From assembly GCA_963737905.1 (NCBI GenBank), contig CAVTUQ010000010.1, positions 72,011-136,010 on the forward strand: a DNA stretch of 64,000 nt, in the 5' to 3' direction. This stretch comes from an uncultured delta proteobacterium. Lineage in GTDB: Bacteria; Desulfobacterota; Binatia; UBA9968. The notes beneath the pieces were generated by a model. The model searched no databases and was not told the DNA's origin. It worked only from the letters and a program-made list of their open reading frames with translations. This document shows, one piece after another, positions 31,035 through 43,304 of this stretch. Within the stretch, counting starts at the first letter, position 1. Each line of letters begins with the position of its first letter. Position numbers and translations under genes: made by a program.

Positions 31035-31655
31035 CTATGTTTTGCGAATTTCCGAGCGCTCGGCAAGGCGCACAAGTTCGGCTACCGAGTCCACCTGCAT
31101 CTTATCCATCACCCGCGCTCGATGGACTTTGATGGTCTTTTCCACGATGCCCAGTTCGACTGCGATTTGCTTGTTCAACCATCCCTTGATGACCAAACTC
31201 ATCACCTCGCGCTCGCGCGCAGTTAGATTGTCGATACGCCTTTGGATGTCTTGCAGTTCTTTCCGCTCGGCACCTTCCCGGCGGGCGCGGGCGAGCGCCT
31301 GTTCGATGGCGCGCAAAAGGTCTACGTCGCGCACCGGCTTGGGCAAGAAGTCTACGGCCCCGGCCTTCATTGCTTTCACTGTCGTTGGAATGTCGCCGTG
31401 ACCGGTGATGAAGATAATGGGGAGGACAAGATTGGTGAGCTTTAATTCGTGTTGCAGGTCGATGCCGCTGAGACCAGGCATACGAATGTCCAGCACAAGA
31501 CAGACGGGTTCCGTCGCGTCCGGCTTTCTGTCAAGGAACTCACGCGCCGAGCCGAAGGTTTGCACCTGATAGCCCGCCGACTTGATCAGTCGCGCCAAGG
31601 CTCGTCTCACGGAGGGGTCATCGTCGACGAGAAAAACGGTGGGGGAGGTCGGCAT
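31035..31655 (-). CDS. FixJ/TodT/NodW-type response regulator (REC + LuxR HTH)
   Basis: ITGHGDIP, LTAREREV, NKQIA, TIKVHRARVMDKM. Confidence 0.94.
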   Translation of the reverse strand: MPTSPTVFLVDDDPSVRRALARLIKSAGYQVQTFGSAREFLDRKPDATEPVCLVLDIRMPGLSGIDLQHELKLTNLVLPIIFITGHGDIPTTVKAMKAGAVDFLPKPVRDVDLLRAIEQALARARREGAERKELQDIQRRIDNLTAREREVMSLVIKGWLNKQIAVELGIVEKTIKVHRARVMDKMQVDSVAELVRLAERSEIRKT

Positions 31656-31803
31656 GGGGGTGCGGTATTGGGTTTGAGGTGTCGGGTTTCAGTAGGATTA
31701 CAGAGGGTCAAGGCTCGGGTGTCGAGTGGAACATGACCCCCGTTCGCCCCCCGTCATTCCCGCGAGATTCTCTAGTCCACTCTCGCTCATAATCTTCCCC
31801 TCG

Positions 31804-34800
31804 TCACTCGACACTCTCCCCTCGCCCCCCCACCGGCACGCTGAAGTAAAGCGTCGCGCCTCGATCCGGGTTGTTCTCCGCCCACAGGCGCCCGCCGTGG
31901 CCCTCGAGGATGGAGCGGCTGATGGCCAGTCCCATGCCGAGCCCATCGCGCTTGGTGGTGTAAAACGGTTGGAAGATCTTGTCGATCTTATCGCCGCTGA
32001 GACCCGGTCCGCGATCGCGCACCGCTATCCGGAGCATACCCTCGCCTTCCAGCTCCGCCCGAACGTTGACCTCGCGCTCATTCACCATACAATCTTTCAG
32101 GGCATCGAAGGAGTTGAGCAATAAATTGAGTACGACTTGCTGCAACTGCACCTTGTCCCCCCGCACCGTCGGCAGGCCAGGGTTTAAATCGAGAAGGACG
32201 CGGACGTTGTGTAGAAGGGCGTCGCCGCGGAGCAGTAGCACTACATCGCGAATGACGTCCGCGAGGTCGAGCGACACAAACGCGACTTCCTCCTTTTTCA
32301 CCAGCGCCCGCATCCGTTGGATGACCTCGCTCGCGCGGCTGTCATCTTGAACAATGTCTTTGAGAATCTCGCGCACCTCTTCCAGATCAGCCGGATTGGC
32401 GGCCATGAAACGCTGGGCCGCCTGTGCGTTACTAAGAATCGCGGTAAGCGGCTGGTTCAGCTCATGCGCCAGCGATGTCGCCAGTTCACCCATAGTGGAT
32501 ATACGCGTCACATGTGCGAGTTCCTGACGGTTGCGCTGAAGTTCAGATTCCGCCTTTTTGCGCTGGGTAATGTCCGTGGATGCGCCCAGAACTTGATTCG
32601 CGAAGCCATCCTTATCAAGGATGGGACACTTCACCGTCTGAAGCCAGCGGACTTCCCCCTTGGCGTCCGTTAGATGTTCCTCTGATATGAAGCGCTCTTT
32701 CAGTGTGTCCATGACCTCTACGTCCATTCGGTGGAAAAACTCGACCTCCTCGCGGTTGGGATTGAAATCCGCATCGGTCTTGCCAATCAAGTCCTCAACC
32801 GTCGTGCCGTACGCGTCGGCCACCGCTTGATTGACTAGGGTGAAGCGTCCTTGGCGGTCTTTGGCAAAAATAAAGTTCGGATCAATGTCAATGACCTGCC
32901 GGAGAAATGCCCGCTGATTCTCCAGCGTTTCCTCTCCCCGTTTGAGCTCGGTGATATCGATGGCATTGCCGATATAACCGAGAAACGTACCATTGGGTGC
33001 AAAGCGTGGCACTCCATGATCCAGGACCCAGCAGTATTCACCGTCAAATCTCCGCAGGCGGTATTCCATGCTAAACTCCTGCCGCGCGTCGAAGGAGTTG
33101 GTGTAGACTGCAATGCAGCGGTCGAAGTCTTCTGGGTGAACGCCCTCTACCCACCCGTTGCCAAGTTCCTGCTCCACGGTGCGACCGGTAAAGTCGAGCC
33201 AACCCTTGTTCAAAAAAGTACAGAGCTTGTCCGTTCCAGCCATCCAGATCATCACGGGCGCTGTATTGGCCATGGTGCGGAAGCGCTCCTCGCTCTCCCG
33301 CAGCGCTTGATCGGCCGTCTTGCGCTCCGTGATGTCGATGGATACGCCGCGCAACCGACGCGGGCTGCCGCTGCCGTTAAATTCGATGCGCCCGCGCGTC
33401 GCAATCCAACGTAAGGCGCCGCCGCTCAACACGACACGATATTCGGCGACGTAGTCACCACCGTTTTGCAAGGCTTGGAGCACCGCCTGGCGCGTCGGCT
33501 CGCGGTCGTCGGGATGCAAGGTATGAATAAACCGCTCAAGGTTAACCGGCTCGGATTCCGCCCAACCGAATAACCGACGGCCCTCCGGCGTGATCCAGGT
33601 TTCGTCACGCGCAGCGTCCCACACCCACAAGCCAAGTCCGGTTGTGTTTGCCGCCAGATTGACGCGCTCCTCACTCTCGCGGAGCGCCTCCTCAGCCTGT
33701 TTGCGCTCGGTAATATCAATCATAAAGCCGCGAAGCTCGACTGGTTTTCCATCCCGATGTTCGCATCTGACGATGTCGTGCATCCAGACGGTGTCGCCCG
33801 ACGAGTCGATCATACGATATTCGAATTCAAAATCTTCGGCGCTCTTGCTCAGGGCCAGGCAAGTATTGACCGCAAACTCCTTGTCGTCGGGATGGAGATG
33901 GGACACCCAGAAATCCTTTTCATACCACTGTTCGAGCGGATAGCCGAGAAGCCTCGCGGCTTGTGGGCCCGCGTAGGTGAAAACCCACGTCTGAATGTCG
34001 GCCTTCCAGGGAACGGCCGCGGTGGATTCAACGAGGCCACGAAAATTTTGCTCGCTCTCACGGAGCGATTCCTCCGCGCTCTTGCGCGCTAAAGCGTTGG
34101 CGAAGATTTCTCCGAGCAAGCGCTGCCCCTGCAATAACTCCGAAGAAATCTTGCGCTCTTCTCCAACCGTGTTGAGGCCCAACACGCCGATCGCCTTGCC
34201 GCCGGCGACCAGCGGAACACTATAAGAGGATCGCACGTGGTATTGCTGGTAGGTGGCGCGATCAGTGCGGGCTTCCGGGGGTAGCCCGTCCAGGCTTGGG
34301 AGACAGACGTCGCGACCAGCGAACAATTCCCGGGCTGACCAGGGAAAATCCTTGTCGGTGAGATCCGATGGAATTTCCGGCACGCCCTTCGCCCGCCAGA
34401 TGTAGGCGACCCGGCCCTCCGTGCCCCGGCCGGTAAACACCGACAGCGCAGCGATATCGAATCGCAACAAACTTGCCACTTGGCCGAGGGCTTCGATGAT
34501 CCGGGCTTCGACCTTTTCCGGAGCTAGGTTGATGAAAGTGCCGGACAGCTCTGAAACCAATTGCTCGAAGCGCAACCGCTCTTCCAGTCTCTGTTGCGCC
34601 AGCCGTCGTCGGCGCCGCTCTCGGAGCAAGATGTCAATGAGCGCGGCTTCCAGGAGACATAAGGTCAAGACGATGATGATTAGCCACTTGTACTGCTCCC
34701 AAAACGTAGAACTGAATGCTGTTGCCGGCTGATGATTGTGATTCGCTGATCCCCCAGCGACGGAGCTGCTGCCAGTCGTAGACGGGTGAGGCGATGCCAA

Positions 34801-34939
34801 TGCGAGCTAAAGCATCGCCGTGAAGGATGCGTACCCGCGGGGGAGGATGGTACGCATTGTTGATAGGGCTCGGCTCAAGATGGGAAACGATCAGCAAGCT
34901 CAAAAAAACAAATTGCAGATTACGGGTCCAACTTTGCAC
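31804..34939 (-). CDS. GAF + multi-PAS histidine kinase (FixL/NodV-like) with vestigial periplasmic N-terminus and frameshift near 34705
   Basis: TM, GAF, four PAS domains, LAHELNQPL, GLGMGLAIS; ORF 34634-34939 supplies the signal and a YDWQQLRRWGISE remnant. Confidence 0.88.
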
Positions 34940-34950
34940 AAATCGTCCTA

Positions 34951-37900
34951 CTACCTCAGTGAGAAATCGACCCGACTCAATTTGGCTTTCGCCTTTTCTT
35001 TTTCTTCCGAAGAAAGCGGTTTCGCAGCCACGATGGAGAGGCGATCGGCGGTGACCTGTCCGCTCGCGAGCAAACGGTTTTGGACCACTTGAGCGCGCCG
35101 GTTTGCCAGATCACGCAGATCATCGTCGGTTGCCTGCGCATTCTTGAGCATCAGGCTCTCCATTTCAGGCACCGGCAAATCTTTAGCCAGACCGATAAAG
35201 TTTCGCGGTTTGGGGAAGCTCTCGTCGCCATAGGCTGCCTTGAGGTAGCGCTCGTATTCAGTTTTGTCGACTTGTACGTCATCCACCGATTTGGGAGCGG
35301 TTCCTTGCCGTACCAAATCCTTCATCTTTTGCGCTTTCACCTTGCGCTCGACGGAGGTTTGCTTGAGACCCTCGCGATCGTTCACGGGATCGACACGGCC
35401 GCTGATGTCAAGTTTGAGGGCGGGCCGGTTGTTCATCGCTGTCGTCAAGGATTTGATTTTTGCTTCGGCGCTCTGCGATAGATTGGACCGGCCGTAGTCA
35501 AACTCTATATAACTCAACTCCGCGCCGCTGCCTCCGCCGAAGGCGGAGCCAAGCAGGGCAAAAGGAGATGTGACTGCCCGGGTAATAATGTTGATAATGA
35601 TCCTCAGTATAATTCCTCCGACGCTGAACTCCGGACTGTCCAGGGAGCCGCTGATTGGCAGGTTGACGTCGATGACCCCATTACGATCTTTCAACAGCCC
35701 GACGGCGAGCAAAACCGGGAGCTTCGTGGCGGTGGGACTGTCGACCTTTTCTCCGAAGGTCAGCTGGTCGAGAATAATCTGATTCTGCGCGTCTAGTTTG
35801 CGGTTCTCCACTTTGTATTTGACTTTAAATGAGAGTGTCCCTCTCTCGATGCCGTAACCGACATACTTGATCGAATAGGGCGACATGGGGTTGAGCTCGA
35901 TTTCTCTGGCATCGGCCGCAATGTCCATATAAAGGTCTTTGGAAAGCGGGTTGATCTTACCCTGGATATCGACCGGCGCCGCGTTGTCCAGTTTCGCTTG
36001 GATCGCGAGGTCGCCGGGAGTGTCCGGTTTGAGCTCGGAGATCGAGCCTTGTACGCCGGTGAGGTTCGCCGAGTAATTGGGCTTGACGAAGAAGTCGCTG
36101 AAGTAGACGTTCCCCGCCTGCAGGTTGATCTTGCCGATGGAAATTTGTTTCTCACTGGACGGCGCGGCTGCAGCCGGCTCGGCTGATTTCTCTGGCTTGG
36201 TTTTGTCGGCCTCGCTATTCTCGGTTTTTTGAACTGCCAATTGTTGTAAATTGAGCCTGCCGTCGGCGCCGAGGATCAAGCGGGAGTAGAATTCGGTGAG
36301 ATTAACTTCGTCAATCCGCAGCAGCATCGGCTGCAGGTCGAACCGGATCCCGCCGAGGTCCAATGACTTCCACTTCAGCAGATCCTGTGAACCATCTTTT
36401 TCCACAGAGGCGAAATCCGCTACCTGGACGCTGCCCCCATAATTGATGTTCGCGGCGCCGTCACCCCCTATATTCATTGTGAGAATGCCCTTGCTGCCGA
36501 CCTCGCCGCCGGTCAGCGAGAAATTAACCTGATCCGCGAGATAGGGCTGGAAAGGGACGACCGAGATCGCTTGAGCGTCCACACTGAGCCGGCCCCCAAC
36601 CGGGCGTACCCCCAGAGCTCCCGCCAGCCTCAAGCGCCCCTTATTGTTGATCGTGGCTTGCAGCCTGACTTTGGACCGCGCATTCTTGGCATTGGAATGA
36701 TTTTCTCCCCGGAGCGACAGGGCGGAAACCGTCATGCGTGCCGGCGGGCTCAGCATGCGGTCTTCAAAAGTAACTCGAAAACGATCCAATGCCGAGCGCT
36801 TTATTTCGACGGCCCATTCGGCCGCGTCTTCCTTCTCCGGCTTCTTAACATCGCTGGCGCCGGCCTGCGTTTTGATCAACCTGGCATAATTGATGGTCCC
36901 ATCAGGATCACGGCGGATAGAGCCGTTGCCGTCGCGGCTTTCAAACGAACCGATCACGATGGATTTTTTTTCGACATCCACCGTGGTGTCCTTTATAGCC
37001 AGCAGCGGAGCGCGCCAAAGCGGCTCGCGGTCGCCGGGCACGTCTAGCCGGAGAGACCGTAAGGCGGCGTTTAGCTCGTCAAGTTTCGTCTCCAGCCTTT
37101 TATCCTCTTTCTCTGCGACAGCAAAGCGAGTGGCGAGATCCAGCAGCCCCTCTGTGATTTCCACCCCAACGACGCTCTCGTAGTAGGGACGAAGTCCTTT
37201 GAGCTGGAGGCTCTTCACCTCAATCTGGCCTTCGGCCAAAAGTGGTGTGAGCTGAACTGTTCCGCTTTGATTGAACTCTTCTTTGGTATCGGCCTGGAAA
37301 GAAATCTCGGTCGTGGCTTTCTTCTTGGGCTCGTTGGTCAGTTCTTTCACCTCGGCGTGGATATTGTCCAGCCGTTTTTCAAAGGGCCGCTCGCGGACCT
37401 CGGTCGGTGAAGATCACTTTTCCTTTATCGACGACAATCTCATCGACCCGGTAACCGAAGGGCTTCTCATCTGTTTTCTTCTCCGGAGCCTTTTCGGTTT
37501 TGCTCTCGGCAATCAACGAAGTCAGGTTCAGTGTTCCATCGCGGTTACGGGTCACGTGCAGCTCAGGCGCCTGGAGCTTGATGGATTTCAGAATCGCCCG
37601 CTGCGCAAAAACCTCCACGGCCTCAATGACGACATCCAAAGCTGGCAGGTTAAGAAGCGGTGTGTCGGTTTTTTCCTGAAGCACAAAGTCCGCGACCCCG
37701 ACGTCGCCGGAAATAGATAGTACGGAGGGTTTGTCTTTGCTGGTTCTGAAGGTCACTGTGAGTTTGGTATTGAGTTGTCCGGCAGGAACTTTGAAATTGA
37801 GATCGACCGGCGAGTATTCGACGTACTTCGGAATCTGTAGCTTATCGATATCGAGGTGAATGGTACTCTCGTGGGAATCCTTGAAGGGCTTGGTCTCTCC

Positions 37901-38572
37901 ATCAATCTGAAAGGGCGCGCCGTTTACCAAGGCGTAAAATTCCGGTTGCACTTTGATATCTACCTGGGAAGGAATACTGGAGACAAAAGGCACCCCGATT
38001 TTGATAGCGGAAACCGTGTGTTTCGTTTGTTCCGGTCGGTCGTCGAAGTCGATTCTTCCATCAAGTACCTGAATATTGTTGAGGGCGAATCGCGGCGTCG
38101 GTCCCGGAGGCTCTTTGGGTTGGTCCTTAGGCGGGCCCTTGGTAAATTCCTCGATCAAGTCGGTGAAGTTGTAAGTGCGATCTTCGTTACGGATCAGGCT
38201 GATGTAGGGTTTGGTCAGGCGAAGTGCCTTGAACACCGGCGCCCAGCGAAACAGCGATTGCAGCTCCAGATTTGCATAAAGCTCGTCAAAGGAAACGGCG
38301 GTTGCTGAGCCTTGACGTTCTTTCACGAGAAAGCCACGAACGGTAAGGGACATCGTCAAGGGATTAAACCAGATTTGCTCGATGGAGGTTGGCCGGTGCA
38401 GCTTGGCAGAAAGCTCCGATGCGATCTTATTTCTCAACAGCGGTGGGGCAGCCAGCGCCAAGATCACGGTAAAGGCAAAGATCGCGGCAAGCCAGATCGC
38501 TATTTTGCGCGTGCGCGGGTGGCGGACAATCGTGATTGTTCGATCACCCAGTTTTTTGATTTTCGCAGCCAT
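34951..38572 (-). CDS. DUF748 (AsmA-like) protein with OmpA-like C-terminus, frameshift near 37390
   Basis: N-terminal TM, FNPLTMSL, repeated RNxDGTxNF/L, LLKDRNGVIDVNLPISGSL, SRVDFSL. Confidence 0.88.
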
Positions 38573-38784
38573 CTGCCGTGAGAGAACAAACGCCAGCCTT
38601 AAAAATAACTAGCGCAGCGCTAACGCTTTGTCCATCAGGGTCGCACCAGTCCTCTTAGGTAACTAACGCCGCGGATAGGGGGAGTCCATCGGGAAAACCC
38701 TGATATGGGGAGTGGAAATCCCTGAAGCGGCGAAACGCGCGGGAGAATCTAAACCAAAATGCTAGGGGTGGCGGAGGGTAAGAG

Positions 38785-39228
38785 TTAATCAGCCACGGTT
38801 TGAATTTGCTCGAGCATCAAGCAATAAATTTCGGGCATGCTCCAGTGTCTTGCCCCATGCACGATGAGCCGTTTGTATTCCGGGTTGGGTAAGGGAACGG
38901 TGTCTTCCTTCTCGGCGATGTAAACCAAAACTTCCAGCGGGTTTTCGCTGTTTCCACTGGCGCACACGAACAGCTTTTCTCGCCGGTAGCCGTCTTCGAA
39001 ACTGTCAAGAATAATCAGATCGGCTTCACTAACGTCGTAGACGATTCCCCAGACCTCGCTCCCCGAATCCACGAAGATGTTTGCCGTGCCGCAGTTCCGT
39101 AGCCTCGAGTGGCGCGCAATAGCAAAGCGGTAATCCTTTAGACTGGCGACGCAGACAAAGCGAGTCGATGGGCAGCGCCGTTGCATCTGTTCCCAGTTCA
39201 TGTTTGAGCCGTATGCAAAGTAATACAA
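38785..39228 (-). CDS. Gamma-glutamylcyclotransferase family protein
   Basis: YFAYGSNM, VWGIVY, LDSFEDGY. Confidence 0.92.
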   Translation of the reverse strand: MYYFAYGSNMNWEQMQRRCPSTRFVCVASLKDYRFAIARHSRLRNCGTANIFVDSGSEVWGIVYDVSEADLIILDSFEDGYRREKLFVCASGNSENPLEVLVYIAEKEDTVPLPNPEYKRLIVHGARHWSMPEIYCLMLEQIQTVAD

Positions 39229-39496
39229 ATGTGCGCTTCCTCCGTTTTTAGTCGTCGGATTCTAGGGGAAGATGAATCAACTGACAAGCAGTCATCATGT
39301 AAACATTGAATCTCTCAAAATCCGCCATTTCACACATGCGTTTAGCGGGAATCTGGACTCCCGATTAAAACGTTCGCGGCGACAAACTGGTGAAAAATCA
39401 TCCGAGGTTCACTTGACAGCCCGCTGTGGAGGTGATTCATTCAAAAGGTCAATCCGGCAACGGTTTTTTGGCCAAACCGGTTGCTTTTTCGAATAA

Positions 39497-39523
39497 TTAA
39501 AGGTTTAATCATTAAACCTTTAA
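39497..39523. promoter_or_regulatory. AT-rich perfect inverted repeat upstream of mlaC
   Basis: TTAAAGGTTTAAT-C-ATTAAACCTTTAA, 13-bp arms. Confidence 0.6.
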
Positions 39524-39581
39524 CAATATGGGGTGTGCCTGACGGCGCGAAGCCGAGTATCCACCCATAGGAGGAGATTTA

Positions 39582-40176
39582 ATGAGTTCTCTTAGACTCT
39601 GGGTTCCTGCAAGCCTTTCTTTCATTCTTATTATCGCTCCCGTTTCCGGTTTTCGCCGGAGAGCCGATGGCGCAGTTGAGTGCCAGTATAAACGAGTTTG
39701 TTACGATCATGTCGAACACGTCGGTAGCCGAATTGCGGGCCACGGGGCTGCCCGAAAAAGCACGTCAGCTGGTCTTTGCCCGCTTCGACTTTTCTGAAAT
39801 GACGAAGCGCTCGCTGGGCCCGCACTGGAAATCACTGGATCAGGCGGAACAGCATGAGTTCGTCGACGCCTTCACTCAACGGCTTTTAGTCGCTTATGGA
39901 AAAACGGTCCGCGCCACCGGCAACGAAAAGATTCAGTTCGGGCGGGAGTCTCGGGATGGCCAGCAGGCGAACGTCGAAACCCAGGTTGTCAGCGGCAATG
40001 GTGATCAAACTCCTATCGATTACCGCCTGCACGACGTCGATGGCCAGTGGATGGTGTACGATGTTGTGATCGACAATGTCAGTCTAGTCAACAACTACCG
40101 TTCTCAGTTCGAGCGTGTCATCACCAAATCCTCAGTGCAAGAATTGCTCCGCAAAATGAAAAACCAAGAGTCGTAA
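39582..40176 (+). CDS. mlaC: MlaC/Ttg2D phospholipid-binding protein, frameshift near 39650
   Basis: RBS AGGAGG and signal peptide from 39582; FDFSEMTKRSLGPHW, YDVVIDNVSLVNNYRSQF. Confidence 0.88.
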
Positions 40177-41206
40177 AACGCCTTGATCCGGCTCGGCGAA
40201 CCTTTAACGTAGTTCGCGATACACTTCTTTTGAGATCCCGGAGCTCGAACCTTCTGTCCCTCCCGGCGAAACAGAAAATCCGACGGCCGGCAAAAATGTT
40301 TGGGAATGCGCCGGCCACCGGGCCTGCGGAATGAGATGAAAAGGGATGACAGTGGAAGGTAGGTTCCTCCCTGGCGTGAAGTCCGAGCGTTTACCCTGTG
40401 GTCTCTCTGCTTAGCCCGCTTTTGAACAGACTCGCAACGCCAGTGCCGCAGGGAGGAATTTGGCAGGTTTGGAAACCGGCACAGTCTCCCGAAAACTTTC
40501 TAAAATAAGCATTAAATTATCGGTGACCATCGAAAGCCTCGTGGGTCTATACAGTTTTTTAGGTTCGAAAAGAATTCTTCCCGAGGCACATGGTTCATCG
40601 AGGACAGAACGATGCTTACGTCTGGTATCGCGGGGTACCGGCACTCTGTCACTCGGCTGCGGTAGCTCGGATTCCTGGGGCCGGGTTCGATGATACGCGC
40701 CGCGCTTGTCATAGCGGGAGTCACCGACTTCAGCGACGAGAAGACCACTGGAAACCAGAAGAAGATAATAAGTTGAACCCGGCGATCCTTGGATATACGC
40801 TTGTGCTTCTCGATCTTTTGTTCACTCGCCTTACCTCTTATCGAGGGCGTACGTAATTGCATCGACACTACGGAACTCGTTGGAACGAAAATATTGTCCA
40901 CGGCTGTCCAATCGTTGCTTGAAAAGGATCGGGAGGGTGAACAATCGAGTGATGAATTGTGCAATCGATGAGCCAAACGGGAAAAGGTTGTGAAGACAGG
41001 GAGTTAAAAAATCAACGGGACAACACGATTGTAAAATGAATTAACAAGCTGCGAAGATTCGAGTAGGTTTACGAACCCAAAAGAGCGCCGCCTCGAATAG
41101 TTAGATTGAATTGTCACTACTGTAAGGAATACTTACACAGCAGGCACTATTGCAACTATCTATAACTGCGATTCATTGTCGCGGGAAGATCTTATCCGAT
41201 GATTGT

Positions 41207-41320
41207 CTATGCTTGTGCGCTCGTGATTTCCCACCAGTTGCCGTTGAGGTCGCTGAAGAGAAAAGAAGCTTCCTCGCCGCTCATTTCGATCCTTTCGAGA
41301 GCTTTTATTTTCCAAGGCCG
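41207..41320 (-). pseudogene. 3' remnant of a VOC/glyoxalase-family gene
   Basis: Manual translation IKALERIEMSGEEASFLFSDLNGNWWEITSAQA*; FxDxxGNxWE is the VOC C-terminal motif; no open upstream frame found. Confidence 0.55.
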
Positions 41321-41465
41321 GCGAATGGCCTCAAGCCACCGTCAACAGCCAAGATGAGTCTGCTTGCAAACGCGGATCGATGGCACTAAGAATGACTGCG
41401 GCCCTGGTGATCTTTTGTCCTTGTGAGGATGTGGTTTTTAATCTCAAAAGTGGAGGAGACCGTTA

Positions 41466-42542
41466 ATGCTCATCTTGTCTAATGAAGACATAGAAAAGCT
41501 ACTTCCCGTGGGCACCTGTTTGGAAGTGCTCGAAGAGGCCTATCGTGATTTGGGTAACGGCATGGCAGCCACGGTGCCGCGGTATGATGTTTTCAGTCCG
41601 ACAAATCCCAACGAATTTTACGAATACAAAACTATGAGTGGGGTCTTGCCGAACCGCAAAATCGCCGCACTACGTCTGAACTCCAGCGTCGTCAAGTGGT
41701 ACGAAAAAGCCGGGGGTGTGCGCAAGGACAAATTACCCGTAGCCGGAGGCGACCGCTACGTCGGCCTGGTCATGCTCTTCAGCACGGAAACCGGCGAGCC
41801 ACTCGCGATTTTTCCCGACGGCTATGTGCAGAAGCTGCGCGTTGCCGGCGCCAGCGCCATCGCCGCGCGTTATCTCGCCCGCAAGGATGCCAAAATCATG
41901 GCCCTGTTGGGCTCGGGCTGGCAGGCGAGCGCCCACCTGGTGGCTTTGAGCATGGTGCGTGATCTCAAGCAGGTCAAAGTTTTTAGTCCAACACCGGAAT
42001 CGCGCCACCGGTTCATCGAAGAATGGGGAGGCAGCGTCGCGGCGGAAGTGGTGGAAACGGCCAGCGTCCAAGAGGCGATGGAAGGCGCAGACATCATTAT
42101 GGCGGCCACTAACTCGATTTCTGCTCTGTTTCCAGGCGATCTGCTTAAGCCTGGCGTTCACGTTTCCTGTGTGAAGCCCTGCGAATTTGATGCGACGACT
42201 TACAAACGCGCCGATCCGCTGATCATCCACTGGCGTGAGGCAAAGCCTTTTCAAATCGCGATTGGAGTCGATCGACAGTCGATCCCCGACATTACCGAAG
42301 GCTGGCAACATCCGATCACGCGAGAAGATGCGGCGATATGGGATTTTCCAACACTATCCCAACTCGTTAATGGGCAACACTCTGGAAGGGTGAGCGAAGA
42401 ATGCATTAGTTGCTTCTGTAACAACGTTGGTCTCGGTTTACAGTTTGCCGCGGTGGGCAGCGAGGTTTTGGCGCGCGCGCGAGAGGCGAGAGTCGGGCGG
42501 GAAATACCGACCGAGTGGTTCCTCGAGTCTGTGCATCCGTGA
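41466..42542 (+). CDS. Ornithine cyclodeaminase / mu-crystallin family protein
   Basis: LRVAGASAIAARYLAR, LGSGWQA, GLGLQFAAVG; RBS GGAGG. Confidence 0.92.
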   Translation: MLILSNEDIEKLLPVGTCLEVLEEAYRDLGNGMAATVPRYDVFSPTNPNEFYEYKTMSGVLPNRKIAALRLNSSVVKWYEKAGGVRKDKLPVAGGDRYVGLVMLFSTETGEPLAIFPDGYVQKLRVAGASAIAARYLARKDAKIMALLGSGWQASAHLVALSMVRDLKQVKVFSPTPESRHRFIEEWGGSVAAEVVETASVQEAMEGADIIMAATNSISALFPGDLLKPGVHVSCVKPCEFDATTYKRADPLIIHWREAKPFQIAIGVDRQSIPDITEGWQHPITREDAAIWDFPTLSQLVNGQHSGRVSEECISCFCNNVGLGLQFAAVGSEVLARAREARVGREIPTEWFLESVHP

Positions 42543-43304
42543 TAAACGGTTTCGAGTTACGGGTTTCGCGTTTCGAGTCTATGAAAATTAAGATTTTGAG
42601 CGTCTTTTTTTTGGTAGTTGTTTGGACAAGCGCTTCATTGGCTCAAACTAAACTCAAGGTCGCTTACCCTACCACGGTGGGTTCGATGGCCGTTCTCTGG
42701 GTGGCGAAGGATGCGCGACTCTTCGAGAAGCACGGCCTCGAAGTGGAGCTTATTTATGTTGCCGGGAGTTCCAAGGTCGTCCAGGCGATGCTCGCCAAGG
42801 AAATCCCCATTTCAGAAATCGCGATCCCGGCAGTGATTCAGGCAAACCTGGCAGGCGCCGATTTAGTCATGCTTGCCGACCCAAACCACAAGCCTGGCCA
42901 GAAGATATGGTGAAGCCGGAGATCAAGACTCCGGAGAATCTGAAGGGCAAAAAGATCGGGATTAGTCGATTCGGAACATCCGACGACTTCTTGCTTCGTT
43001 ATATACTGGGACAGTGGAAGATACAGCCGGACCGCGATGTCACCCTGTTACAAATGGGAGGATCGCCGGAGATTTTGGCAGGATTGGGTTCTCGCGGGAT
43101 TGATGGTGGAATGCTGTCTTCACCGCTCCATCTACGAGCGGCCAAGCTCGGGTTTTCGGTGCTCGCCGATTTGAGCGCCATCGGTGTCGATTACCAGGGA
43201 GCAGGGGTCGTCACGACCCGCACGTATGCGCGCGAGAATCAGGATGTCGTGCGCCGTTATTTGAGAGCATATGTCGAAGGTTTGCACTGTTTCAAGACCG
43301 ATAA

